This document shows positions 49,157 through 57,835 of a stretch of DNA of 64,000 nucleotides, in pieces. Origin of the DNA: Candidatus Babelota bacterium (GTDB taxonomy: Bacteria; Babelota; Babeliae; Babelales; CAIQNR01); NCBI GenBank assembly GCA_965658655.1, contig CBFHTA010000002.1, forward strand, positions 12,334-76,333, written 5' to 3'. The position numbers and the translations under genes are program-made. The notes below the pieces were generated by a model that worked only from the letters and a program-made list of their open reading frames with translations, was not told the DNA's origin and searched no databases. Every line of letters starts with the position of its first letter. Within the stretch, counting starts at the first letter, position 1.

Positions 49157-50038
49157 ATGACATACCATGTTCCTGTTCTTCTTAAAGAAACGCTTGAGGC
49201 ACTTCGGCTTGAGCCAAATAAAACTTACCTTGATGTTACCTTTGGTGGCGGAGGCCACACTCGTGCTATTCTTGAATCAGATCCTACTATTAAAGTTATA
49301 GGGCTTGATTGGGATAAAGAAGTTATTGAACGGGGCAAGGCATTACAAGAAGAGTTCCCAGACAGATTAACATTGATTTGGGGAAGTTTTGCTCATTTAT
49401 ATAAACTTCTTAAGAAGCATAACATTACGCAGGTTAATGGAGTACTTGGAGATTTTGGTACCTCGCAACACCAAATTCACAATAAAGATGGATTATCTTT
49501 TGCGAATAACACACCGCTTGATATGCGGATGTCTCAAGCACATCATAAAACAACGGCGTATCATATTGTGAATTTTGGGCAACCGGAAGAGTTACGAACA
49601 ATCTTCTGGACCTATGGAGAAGAACGAAACACCAAAGAAATTGTGCAAAAGATTGTAGAAGAGCGAAAAAAGAAAAAAATTAAAACAACTGCAGATTTAG
49701 CTTCTATAATTGAACGTGTTTCGCCTAGACGATCACAGAAAATTCACCCCGCAACACGTGTGTTTCAAGCATTACGTATTTTTGTGAATAAGGAGTTAGA
49801 TAATATTACATCATTTTTGCCGGCAGCGTTGCGTGTACTTGCTCCTGAAGGTCGTTTGGCTTGTATTAGTTTTCATTCATTAGAAGATAGATTGGTAAAA
49901 GAATTCTACAAAGAAGCTGAAGGATTACTCCAAGGTTCTATTGTTAAACCGTTTCCTGTGAAGCCAAGTGAGCAAGAGGTAGCAGAGAATTCACCTTCAA
50001 GATCCGCTAAGCTTCGGGTGTTTGAAAAAAAAACGTGA
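49157..50038 (+). CDS. rsmH: 16S rRNA m4C1402 methyltransferase
   Basis: HVPVLL, DVTFGGGGH, PLDMRM, ISFHSLEDR, SRSAKLR. Confidence 0.97.
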   Translation: MTYHVPVLLKETLEALRLEPNKTYLDVTFGGGGHTRAILESDPTIKVIGLDWDKEVIERGKALQEEFPDRLTLIWGSFAHLYKLLKKHNITQVNGVLGDFGTSQHQIHNKDGLSFANNTPLDMRMSQAHHKTTAYHIVNFGQPEELRTIFWTYGEERNTKEIVQKIVEERKKKKIKTTADLASIIERVSPRRSQKIHPATRVFQALRIFVNKELDNITSFLPAALRVLAPEGRLACISFHSLEDRLVKEFYKEAEGLLQGSIVKPFPVKPSEQEVAENSPSRSAKLRVFEKKT

Positions 50039-50135
50039 GTTTAAAGTTTGACAAATAAGCTGAGTGACATTACATTAAGCACTGAAAGATAGTTTTTGCC
50101 CTTAGTAATGGGGCGCTCTAGACTAAAGGTTCAAA

Positions 50136-50453
50136 ATGAATATAACAGAGGTCAAGATCTATCCGGCTAGGGAGAGAGGCACTAGGCTCAAGGCATACGC
50201 AACAATAGTTTTCGACAACGCCTTTATAGTAAGGGACTTGAAAGTTATTGAAGGCGAAAAAGGATTGTTTGTTTCCATGCCTTCACGCCGAAGAAAAGAT
50301 GGTTCTTTTAGAGACATCGCTCATCCGCTCAATGCAGAAATGCGTAAGCATATAGAAGAGCACGTAGTAGGTGAGTACGAAGTTGTAGAAAAATCAGGAG
50401 GTATTCCAGCCGATGATGGTGGGGATGATTCTGAGGCTCCAGCCGACGAGTAA
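50136..50453 (+). CDS. spoVG: SpoVG family nucleic-acid-binding protein
   Basis: MNITEVKI, GLFVSMPSR, FRDIAHP. Confidence 0.95.
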   Translation: MNITEVKIYPARERGTRLKAYATIVFDNAFIVRDLKVIEGEKGLFVSMPSRRRKDGSFRDIAHPLNAEMRKHIEEHVVGEYEVVEKSGGIPADDGGDDSEAPADE

Positions 50454-50480
50454 AAAAGACAGTAGTAATAAAAGATTTGT

Positions 50481-50555
50481 TGGGGCGTAGCCAAGTGGTA
50501 AGGCATCCGGTTTTGATCCGGACATTCGGAGGTTCGAACCCTTCCGCCCCAGCCA
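50481..50555 (+). tRNA. tRNA-Gln (anticodon TTG)
   Basis: TGGGGCGTAGCCAAGTGGTAAGGCATCCGGTTTTGATCCGG...GGTTCGAACCCTTCCGCCCCAGCCA. Confidence 0.96.
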
Positions 50556-50573
50556 TCATATTGTGAAAAAATT

Positions 50574-50597
50574 AGCAGACTTCGGTCTGCTTTTTTT
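50574..50597 (+). terminator. Terminator after tRNA-Gln
   Basis: AGCAGAC-TTCG-GTCTGCT-TTTTTT. Confidence 0.85.
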
Positions 50598-50610
50598 ATT
50601 GAGGTAGTCT

Positions 50611-51327
50611 ATGAATACTGTTTTGTGGTTCTGTTCTTTTGTAGTTACAGTTCTTTTATTGTTCTGTTACTTTAAATTTCAGTCTCCTATTCCTAAAAAC
50701 AATCGAAAAACAATAGTATTCGATTTTGATGGAACGCTTTGCGACAGTGTTCCTGTTCTAATCGAGGTTCTTAATGTTTTGTCTGATGAATTTGGTTATT
50801 CAAAAGGTGATCCTCAAAGAGAGCAAGAACTGCGTATGATGAGTGCAAAAAAGTTTATTTTGAATGAATTAAAAGTTCCGATGTATCGTATGTTTTATTT
50901 TGAAAAGCGTGCTCGTCAAGAAGCATTAAAGCGTGTAGATAGGTTAGCATTGTTTGATGGTGTAAAAGAAGTTATAGAAAAATTGCAGGCTCAAGGATAT
51001 TGCGTAGGCATTTTGTCTTCTAATTCTGAACAGGCGATTATTAAAGTGCTTGAGCGGGGCAATGTTAAAGTCGACTTTATTTATTCCGGTTCGAGTATTT
51101 TTGGTAAACATAAAGTAATTACTTCTCTACTTAAGGCTCGAGGTCTTTCAAAAGATAACATTGTATATGTGGGTGATGAATTACGTGATAGTGATGCGTG
51201 TAAAGAAGTTGGTATAAAAATGGTAGCAGTTGGTTGGGGATTTAATGCTCCTGAGGCATTTAATAAGATTGGCATAGAAACAATAGCTGATCCTGCTCAG
51301 TTGTTACAAAAGTGTGTTATTACATAA
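50611..51327 (+). CDS. HAD-family phosphatase with N-terminal membrane anchor
   Basis: FDFDGTLCDS, ILSSN, YVGDELRD motifs. Confidence 0.88.
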   Translation: MNTVLWFCSFVVTVLLLFCYFKFQSPIPKNNRKTIVFDFDGTLCDSVPVLIEVLNVLSDEFGYSKGDPQREQELRMMSAKKFILNELKVPMYRMFYFEKRARQEALKRVDRLALFDGVKEVIEKLQAQGYCVGILSSNSEQAIIKVLERGNVKVDFIYSGSSIFGKHKVITSLLKARGLSKDNIVYVGDELRDSDACKEVGIKMVAVGWGFNAPEAFNKIGIETIADPAQLLQKCVIT

Positions 51328-51336
51328 GGTTTATTA

Positions 51337-51945
51337 ATGAATACATTATTATTAGGTTCAACATCGCGTCCGCGTCAAATTTTATTAGAAGATGCATTAA
51401 TTCCCTTTATTGTTGTGGGTCACGATGCTAACGAAGATGACATTAAACATACTACTATCGAAGAAACAGTCTTAAACATTGCGCGTTTAAAAATGCAACA
51501 AGTGTTTATGCCTGCTGATAGAAAAGAGGGCGATGTAATCTTTCTTCTGACGGCTGATTCAATGGGGTGTACTATGGATGGTGTTATTCATGGAAAACCA
51601 AAAAATCGTGAAGATGCAATTGCAAAAATACAAGCGTTGAGTGGAGAGTCTTCTACGTTTACAGGGTTTTGTGTTGAAAAAAGAGTGATGAAAAACGGTT
51701 CGTGGACAACAGAGGATAAACGTGAGGGTGTTGTAGGAGCACGTTGTAAGTTTCAAGTTCCTGATGTCTGGCTTGATCGTTATCTTGAAAATTCATGGGC
51801 ATTAAAAGCAGCAGGTGCAATTGCTGTTGAATTATATGGGGCGCAATTCTTAAAATGGGTAGAAGGGTCTTCTACTGCTGTTATGGGCCTACCAATGTTT
51901 GAAGTTCGTCAATCGCTTGAAGAAATTGGATTTTTTAATTTTTAA
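51337..51945 (+). CDS. maf: Maf-family nucleotide pyrophosphatase
   Basis: LLGSTSRPR, TADS, GKP, AGA, VMGLP motifs. Confidence 0.9.
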   Translation: MNTLLLGSTSRPRQILLEDALIPFIVVGHDANEDDIKHTTIEETVLNIARLKMQQVFMPADRKEGDVIFLLTADSMGCTMDGVIHGKPKNREDAIAKIQALSGESSTFTGFCVEKRVMKNGSWTTEDKREGVVGARCKFQVPDVWLDRYLENSWALKAAGAIAVELYGAQFLKWVEGSSTAVMGLPMFEVRQSLEEIGFFNF

Positions 51946-52066
51946 TTATCGTTAGCATTTCGATTGGAACCAAAGCTCTTATTGTAGACTGTTTTATTTT
52001 TTACTAATTAATAATAAGTAGTACTATCGATGTCTTTTAAAATAAGTGAGAGTGTTGTTTTTAATT

Positions 52067-52567
52067 TCATTTCCTATCTTTAATTGGTCCTTCGAGCCAA
52101 CTTGCATGGACACATGCATCGCAGGATCCAGCTATTGCTTCTAGAGGGAAAAAAGATTTTTTATTCAGAGCATCTCTGTGTTTTTTTGCTGCAGTGTAGT
52201 TATGTATATAAAAGAATGGCCCATGATACTTTGGATCAATTAATTCTTTTGTATTGTTCGATGTTATAATTTCTCCTATCTCTTCAAAAGTTAAACCTGG
52301 TTTTTGGCAAACTGCCAAATATTGAGCTACTTTTGTAGTACCCATTTCCTTCATCGTCATATCTATTGCGCTGTTAATATTAAACATCTCTTTGCAGTCG
52401 GCTTGTATTTGTACAAGATCGCCTTGCATTAGACCTTCAGGCAGATATTGAATGTTTCTTTTGATTTTATATTTTTTGTTTTTTTCAATTATAGGTCCTG
52501 CATCGGCAGCAAAATTGTTTGTAAGGCTTACGAGTAAAAAGAGTACAAGTGTTTTTTTGTATTTCAT
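52067..52567 (-). CDS. Hypothetical secreted protein
   Basis: Signal peptide MKYKKTLVLFLLVSLTNNFAAD. Confidence 0.65.
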   Translation of the reverse strand: MKYKKTLVLFLLVSLTNNFAADAGPIIEKNKKYKIKRNIQYLPEGLMQGDLVQIQADCKEMFNINSAIDMTMKEMGTTKVAQYLAVCQKPGLTFEEIGEIITSNNTKELIDPKYHGPFFYIHNYTAAKKHRDALNKKSFFPLEAIAGSCDACVHASWLEGPIKDRK

Positions 52568-52584
52568 GGTTTAATCTTTTTTTA

Positions 52585-52780
52585 ATATTAAAAACTGCGA
52601 ACTGTTTGTCATCATCTTTGATAGTTGCTTGAGCTCCTGTCGTAGCTTTCTCTGTTAAATTGTGGGTGTACCTCATTGATAGTAATTTTAGTACCTAACT
52701 TTAAACGTTCTATTTGAGGGTTATAGCTAAGTTTACTTGCTACCATAAGAATACAGAGTACGAGTGTTTCATTAATGCAT
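52585..52780 (-). pseudogene. Possible frameshifted remnant of a small secreted protein gene
   Basis: Signal-peptide-like TLVLCILMVAS in one frame and a continuation in another frame (two overlapping short ORFs). Confidence 0.3.
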
Positions 52781-52787
52781 ATGTTTT

Positions 52788-53231
52788 TTAGTGGGTAATA
52801 GTTTTCTTGTTTGGTTTCCAGCACTTGAGTAATTCTTGAAATAAAATCTCTTGTGGGTTGCCTTCGGGATTATTCTCTATTTTTGAGGTTGCTTTTTCTA
52901 CACTAAAATCAACAGTTGCTTTGTCGCATTCTTTGTTGTCTATATTGTCGATTGCTGGCATTAACTTTTTCTCCATGATGCGCTTCATGTTTTGTTCGCT
53001 TATGTTTTCTTGTAAAAGCGTTTCGAGTAAAGCTAAGAAGTCGACAATGCTATATTGTATGTCTTCTGTGCTTTTGAGTTCAGAGTTAACGGCTGTTTGG
53101 AGATCCTGTTTAAGTCCGTTTTCTAATGCATGACTGATAAGTTTTTTAAGTGCTTCTGATTCGTGTTCTAAAAGCCATTGAACAAGGTATAAGAGTTCGT
53201 AAGAAACAGTGAGTTGATTGTCGTTTACCAT
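52788..53231 (-). CDS. Hypothetical cytoplasmic protein
   Basis: AGGAG RBS; helical, downstream of the HspR-like gene. Confidence 0.7.
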   Translation of the reverse strand: MVNDNQLTVSYELLYLVQWLLEHESEALKKLISHALENGLKQDLQTAVNSELKSTEDIQYSIVDFLALLETLLQENISEQNMKRIMEKKLMPAIDNIDNKECDKATVDFSVEKATSKIENNPEGNPQEILFQELLKCWKPNKKTITH

Positions 53232-53323
53232 GATTTCTCCTTATCCCAAAAATCTTGCATATATTGCCTGTCTTTTAGCGTTACTTATTTTGCTCGCCAA
53301 AGAAAACCTTTTTTAAAAAAAGG

Positions 53324-53764
53324 TTACAATTGCTCTTCGTAGTCAACTTCCCAGTTATTTGCATCCTCTGTAGGTGAATTTATTTCTGATTCGGGAGTCT
53401 CTTTTCTGAGTTTGGCAAGACTTTGTGTTGTTAGTTTTATATCGTTTTTATGAGCGTTTTCCTGTTTGAGTAGGTCTTGTTTTGTTTCTTCAAACAAGTT
53501 GTTCATGTCTTTTTGCATCTTCTTTATTTGTCTTTGCAATTTAAGAATCATCTGAACACCCGCTAAATTAATGCCTAGTTTATGTGTAAGATAAATTACT
53601 TCTTCAAGTTTGTTAACATCTTCTTCAGAAAAAAGTCTTGTGTTTCCTTCAGACCGTTTAGGTTGTATTAATCCTTCACGTTCGTACAAACGAATGGTTT
53701 GCTGGTGTACAGAGAACATCTCTGCCACCGCTGATATAGAAAAAAAGGCTTTTTTGCGTTTCAT
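53324..53764 (-). CDS. hspR: MerR-family regulator, HspR-like
   Basis: SISAVAEMFSVHQQTIRLYEREGLI.P.RSEGNTRLFS...LGINLAGV; start moved to ATG 53764. Confidence 0.8.
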   Translation of the reverse strand: MKRKKAFFSISAVAEMFSVHQQTIRLYEREGLIQPKRSEGNTRLFSEEDVNKLEEVIYLTHKLGINLAGVQMILKLQRQIKKMQKDMNNLFEETKQDLLKQENAHKNDIKLTTQSLAKLRKETPESEINSPTEDANNWEVDYEEQL

Positions 53765-53933
53765 GTTTTTCCTTACACTTATATCTAAGTCCCGTTCCAT
53801 CCTACTTATCCTTTTATGGTACATTTCTCTTTTCACAAAGTGTATCATAAAACTTTTCACAAATCATGCTCAATATGGTAGATATAAAAGGGTTTTGAGG
53901 GTGGTTCTGTAGTAAAGAAAGGAGTAAGAAGGG

Positions 53934-54569
53934 ATGAATAGGAAGATAATTATCACATGTTTAAGCTTAACCTGCTTGTTTATAGAGGCAAAATCGGTTC
54001 GAGTTGTTACAGCTCACTTTAAAGAAGAAAAAATTAATGGACATACGTTTATGTATCGTCTGGATGTGGTTGATGGGCGTAAGAAAGAACAGTGGGCTCT
54101 TAATGGTCGGCCGATTGCTCAAGTTGATTATGACACTAAAATTTTAGAAGAAGAGATGAATGAGCGTCGTGCAGAACGGGAGCAGGAGTATCAAAAACAG
54201 ATTAGATTAGCCGAACTTAGAAGCAATATGGCAAATCAAGCAGTTAAGAAACTTCTGGCCAGCACGCTCCAGGAAATCGAGCAAGGTTTAGCTCAAATTG
54301 ATCGTTATGAGTTAAATCCATATTTAGTCTACAGCAAGAGTAGCTTTTACGACGAACTTGACCTCGTCACTTTCAAAGACCAAACAATTCCAGAAGTTAG
54401 GCAGGTTTTGGCCGAAAATTTTGACCATGATCAGGCAAAAGAAAAATTAAGCTTAATTCAGTCCTATCCGCAGCGGCTTTCAAGCTTATTTGAGGCTACT
54501 GTTCAAAATGCTATCAATAGTTGTGATGACCCTAAAAAACTTAAAAACTGGCTTCAGATGCTCTCTTAA
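53934..54569 (+). CDS. Hypothetical secreted protein
   Basis: Signal peptide, coiled-coil middle. Confidence 0.7.
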   Translation: MNRKIIITCLSLTCLFIEAKSVRVVTAHFKEEKINGHTFMYRLDVVDGRKKEQWALNGRPIAQVDYDTKILEEEMNERRAEREQEYQKQIRLAELRSNMANQAVKKLLASTLQEIEQGLAQIDRYELNPYLVYSKSSFYDELDLVTFKDQTIPEVRQVLAENFDHDQAKEKLSLIQSYPQRLSSLFEATVQNAINSCDDPKKLKNWLQMLS

Positions 54570-54662
54570 GCTCATGGCGGGTATTGCTATTTGTAATTTT
54601 TAGTGTATTCTAGGTTTTACTATTAAATGGAATATTTAGGGGGGAATGAGAGGTTTGTTATT

Positions 54663-54986
54663 ATGAAGAAAAATATTTTAGCGTTTATATTGATGGGTTT
54701 TATTGTGGGTGCTCAAATACAATGTGCAGATGCCCAATCAGGCAGTTTGTTGCGTTGGATTGTACCAACAGTGGTCACAGCTGGTGTCGGTTACTATGTT
54801 TATAATGCATTTTTTAAGACTCAAAATGCGATCGAAGCAGATAAGCAAGAAAAGCTTACAAGGACAAAGAAGTATGTTCAAGCAAATAGGGCATCTAGAG
54901 GATTGAGTAATTCTGCAAGGCAGCTTGATGCAGTAAGAGAATTAAATGCAGCAATTAATAACAAGTTTAATAAGAATGTAGAGTAA
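54663..54986 (+). CDS. Small secreted/anchored protein sharing its N-terminal module with 55006
   Basis: MKKNILAFILMG...IVPTVVTAGVGYYVY vs MKKSILSFMLMG...VVPALVTVGALYYVW. Confidence 0.7.
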   Translation: MKKNILAFILMGFIVGAQIQCADAQSGSLLRWIVPTVVTAGVGYYVYNAFFKTQNAIEADKQEKLTRTKKYVQANRASRGLSNSARQLDAVRELNAAINNKFNKNVE

Positions 54987-55005
54987 GGTAACTAGAGAGG
55001 TTATT

Positions 55006-56067
55006 ATGAAAAAATCTATCTTAAGTTTTATGCTGATGGGAGCACTTTTCGCTCCGTTTACCTTTTGTTCTGCTGCTCCAAAAAGAAGTATTACTGCTTT
55101 GGTTGTTCCTGCTCTAGTAACAGTTGGAGCGCTTTATTATGTTTGGTCTCATTGGAACAGCTCTCGTCCTGTTTTTTCTCAACCTAAAAGTTACGATTTT
55201 GCTCTTCCTGCAGCAACAAAAAAACATACAACAACTATTGATGTTATGCCTGCCTCAGAGTTAGGTGCTGTACCAGCACAACAAGCAGTGAAATTAATGC
55301 AATATTCTGTTATGCAACAAGGAGAAAACAACGATGGCGGTGCAAGTTGTGGGTATCATGCACTTAAGAATGCAATTGGTATTTTAACTAAAAATCATAA
55401 TCTCTTTAATGATAGAGCATTCATTAAAAGACAGTTTAGTTTAGATCCAGGGACTTGGCGTGAATGGGTACAAGCAAAGCAGGGTGATAATGGCGAGTGG
55501 GTTCATACTGAGTTTTATGCAGATTTAATTACACGTGCATTTAATGAACGCAATATTAGATGTGGATGGTCTATTCTTAATTCGCAAGGTCAGGCTATTA
55601 ACGATGCTCATGTAGGGGAAGATATTTATGGGGTTTTCCGAATGTTAACATCAGAAGATGCTTATAAACATGCTTTCTTTGTTAATACTGCAAGTGGTTA
55701 TAATGTAGGGCAGCATGGACATTGGTTTGTGGTGATTATGGAAAAAGAAGCTCATGGACCAACAACATATACGGTAATGGATTCTTTAGGTCATGAAAGG
55801 CACGCCGATAATACTGTTTGGACTATTATTAAAAGTATTCATCGCATTGCAAAAATTACTAGTCCAGAAGTGTTAGGAGATGAAAAACAAAAGACAAAAG
55901 TTTTGTTGCTAGATGTGGTTAATGGTTTATCTGATCAAAAGATGAATACAAACCAAAAAGAGAAATTAACAAGTATGGTTTTAGATCTTTATACAATTTT
56001 GCTTTCCCAAGGTGCAGTTGATGAAGAGATAAAAAAGGCGATGGTCAGGTTTATGGTTTTGGTCTAA
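55006..56067 (+). CDS. Secreted/anchored papain-like cysteine protease, Josephin/deubiquitinase-like
   Basis: Q...SCGYHALKN, GHWFVV, VMDSLG in Cys-His-Asp order. Confidence 0.65.
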   Translation: MKKSILSFMLMGALFAPFTFCSAAPKRSITALVVPALVTVGALYYVWSHWNSSRPVFSQPKSYDFALPAATKKHTTTIDVMPASELGAVPAQQAVKLMQYSVMQQGENNDGGASCGYHALKNAIGILTKNHNLFNDRAFIKRQFSLDPGTWREWVQAKQGDNGEWVHTEFYADLITRAFNERNIRCGWSILNSQGQAINDAHVGEDIYGVFRMLTSEDAYKHAFFVNTASGYNVGQHGHWFVVIMEKEAHGPTTYTVMDSLGHERHADNTVWTIIKSIHRIAKITSPEVLGDEKQKTKVLLLDVVNGLSDQKMNTNQKEKLTSMVLDLYTILLSQGAVDEEIKKAMVRFMVLV

Positions 56068-56098
56068 AAAAAGCCCCTAATTACAGGGGCTTTTTTTT
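56066..56098. terminator. Bidirectional terminator
   Basis: AAAAAAAGCCCCT-AATTAC-AGGGGCTTTTTTTT. Confidence 0.85.
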
Positions 56099-57191
56099 AT
56101 ACGTTAAATTTAATGTGTAACCAATCACCATCTTGAACAATGTAATCTTGTCCTTCGGTTCTCATTTTGCCAGCTGTTTTAATAGCAGCTTCTGACTTGT
56201 GTTCAGCAAAGTCTTGATGGTTGCAAACTTCTGCACAAATAAATCCACGCTCTAGATCTGAGTGAATTTCTCCTGCGGCTTTTCGTACAGTAATACCTTT
56301 TGGAATAGGCCATGCACGTGCTTCTTTTGGTCCAACAGTAAAAAATGTAATTAAACCAAGTTCATGGTATGTTTTTTGAATAACTGTGTCTAAACCCGAG
56401 ATGGTCATACCGAGCATTTCGATCATTTCTTGGCGTTGTTCATCGTCAAGCTGCACAAGTTCATGTTCTGTTTTTGCGCATACAGGAATTACACGGTCTG
56501 AACCAAAACGCTCAACTAATGTTTTGAAATGTTTATTTTCTTTGTATGCATCTTCAGTAAAATCACTTTCAGATAAGTTTGCAACAACCAAAAACTTTTT
56601 AGTCGCAATTAACTCAGTGGTTGCTATTCCGCTTTCTAAGAGGGTGTTTCGCGCCTCTTCTACTTTGCTGTTAGTCAAAAAATGGTATAATTTTTTTAAG
56701 AGTTCAAGCTCTGCTTCGAGTGTTTTCTTTTCGGCTGGTTTGTTTTGTACCGCCTTCATTAAGCTTGGTATTTTTGCTTGACGTTTTTCGATAGATTCTA
56801 AATCTTTAAGAATTAATTCAGAAATAATAGTGTCGAAATGATCTAATGGGTCTACGGGGTCGTTGTTTTCAAAGCATCGGATAACATGCAGAATAACGTC
56901 TACTTCTCTAATGTGGCTTAAGAATTTATTTCCCAAACCTTCACCGCTTGCAGCACCTTTAACTAATCCTGCAATATCAACAAATGATACATTTGCTGGA
57001 ATGAGTTTTTTAGACTCATACACATTGGCCATTTCTGTTAATCGTGTGTCTGGCACTTCTGTGATTGCTAGGTGTGGGTCTATCGTACAAAATGGATAAT
57101 TTTCTGCAGGAACCTGAGACTTGGTTAATGCATTAAAAAGGGTAGATTTTCCTACGTTTGGTAGTCCTACAAGGCCGGCTTTAATACTCAT
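56097..57191 (-). CDS. ychF: Ribosome-binding ATPase YchF
   Basis: GLVGLPNVGKSTLFNALT, NYPFCTIDP, DIAGLVKGA, IHSDLERGFI. Confidence 0.97.
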   Translation of the reverse strand: MSIKAGLVGLPNVGKSTLFNALTKSQVPAENYPFCTIDPHLAITEVPDTRLTEMANVYESKKLIPANVSFVDIAGLVKGAASGEGLGNKFLSHIREVDVILHVIRCFENNDPVDPLDHFDTIISELILKDLESIEKRQAKIPSLMKAVQNKPAEKKTLEAELELLKKLYHFLTNSKVEEARNTLLESGIATTELIATKKFLVVANLSESDFTEDAYKENKHFKTLVERFGSDRVIPVCAKTEHELVQLDDEQRQEMIEMLGMTISGLDTVIQKTYHELGLITFFTVGPKEARAWPIPKGITVRKAAGEIHSDLERGFICAEVCNHQDFAEHKSEAAIKTAGKMRTEGQDYIVQDGDWLHIKFNV

Positions 57192-57304
57192 TGTTTTCGG
57201 AGCTTTCGTGCTTTTGGATAACTTAATTACAAGATTTCAGTGTATCATAAAACTTATATTTTGCATCAAAGATATCCTTTTTCCTGTGTACTTTTCTTTT
57301 TATA

Positions 57305-57656
57305 CGGGGTGTTTTGCCCACCCCTTATAAAAAGGGCGCAAACTTAGCAGTATGATTGGTTTAACGGGTCGATGGACTGACTTCGCCTTCGCTTTGCTTG
57401 TGGGTCATTTCACCCCGGTGCCCCTGATAAATGACTTTCTATAGTGTTCCTATATGTAAATGGAAGCCTTAATTGTAGTGGAATGACGATCTAAGATGCG
57501 AGCGTCTGTCCTTCGTAGCTTTAACGAAGCAACATGTTCGATTTTTTCACTGCAAGGGAGATCAAACCGTCCTGGAGCTTTGTGCGTCTTGATTCCAGCA
57601 GGGTACTTGTCTACCCCGTTGGGTGATGCCCGCATAGGACTCCACTCTTTAAGCTC
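57305..57656. ncRNA. Candidate structured non-coding RNA of unknown family
   Basis: GC-rich island in an AT-rich intergenic region with many nested complementary segments; no convincing ORF. Confidence 0.45.
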
Positions 57657-57835
57657 AGCAAAAAACAACCGAAATTATTTTCAACAATAAAAAGCCAACA
57701 GATTTCAACCTCTTTTTAAGGTCAAAATAACAGGTTATGAGTTTTTTATTGCATTTTGTTTCCTAGATATCGTATCCTTGTCTTTAAGCGTAAAAAAATG
57801 AAATCGGGCAGAAGCCCAAAAAAATGGAGAAAATA

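Noticed and set aside
50329-50559. 76-aa minus-strand ORF
   Set aside because: Antisense shadow of tRNA-Gln and spoVG
57305-57656. Assignment as tmRNA, RNase P RNA, SRP RNA, FMN or c-di-GMP riboswitch
   Set aside because: Only fragments resemble them (GGGGTGAAAT, GGGCGCAAA); the tRNA-like ends, GAGGAAAGTCC and the SRP GGAA loop motif were not found
57450-57690. Two short overlapping ORFs on opposite strands
   Set aside because: No RBS or recognisable motif; better explained by GC-rich structured DNA/RNA
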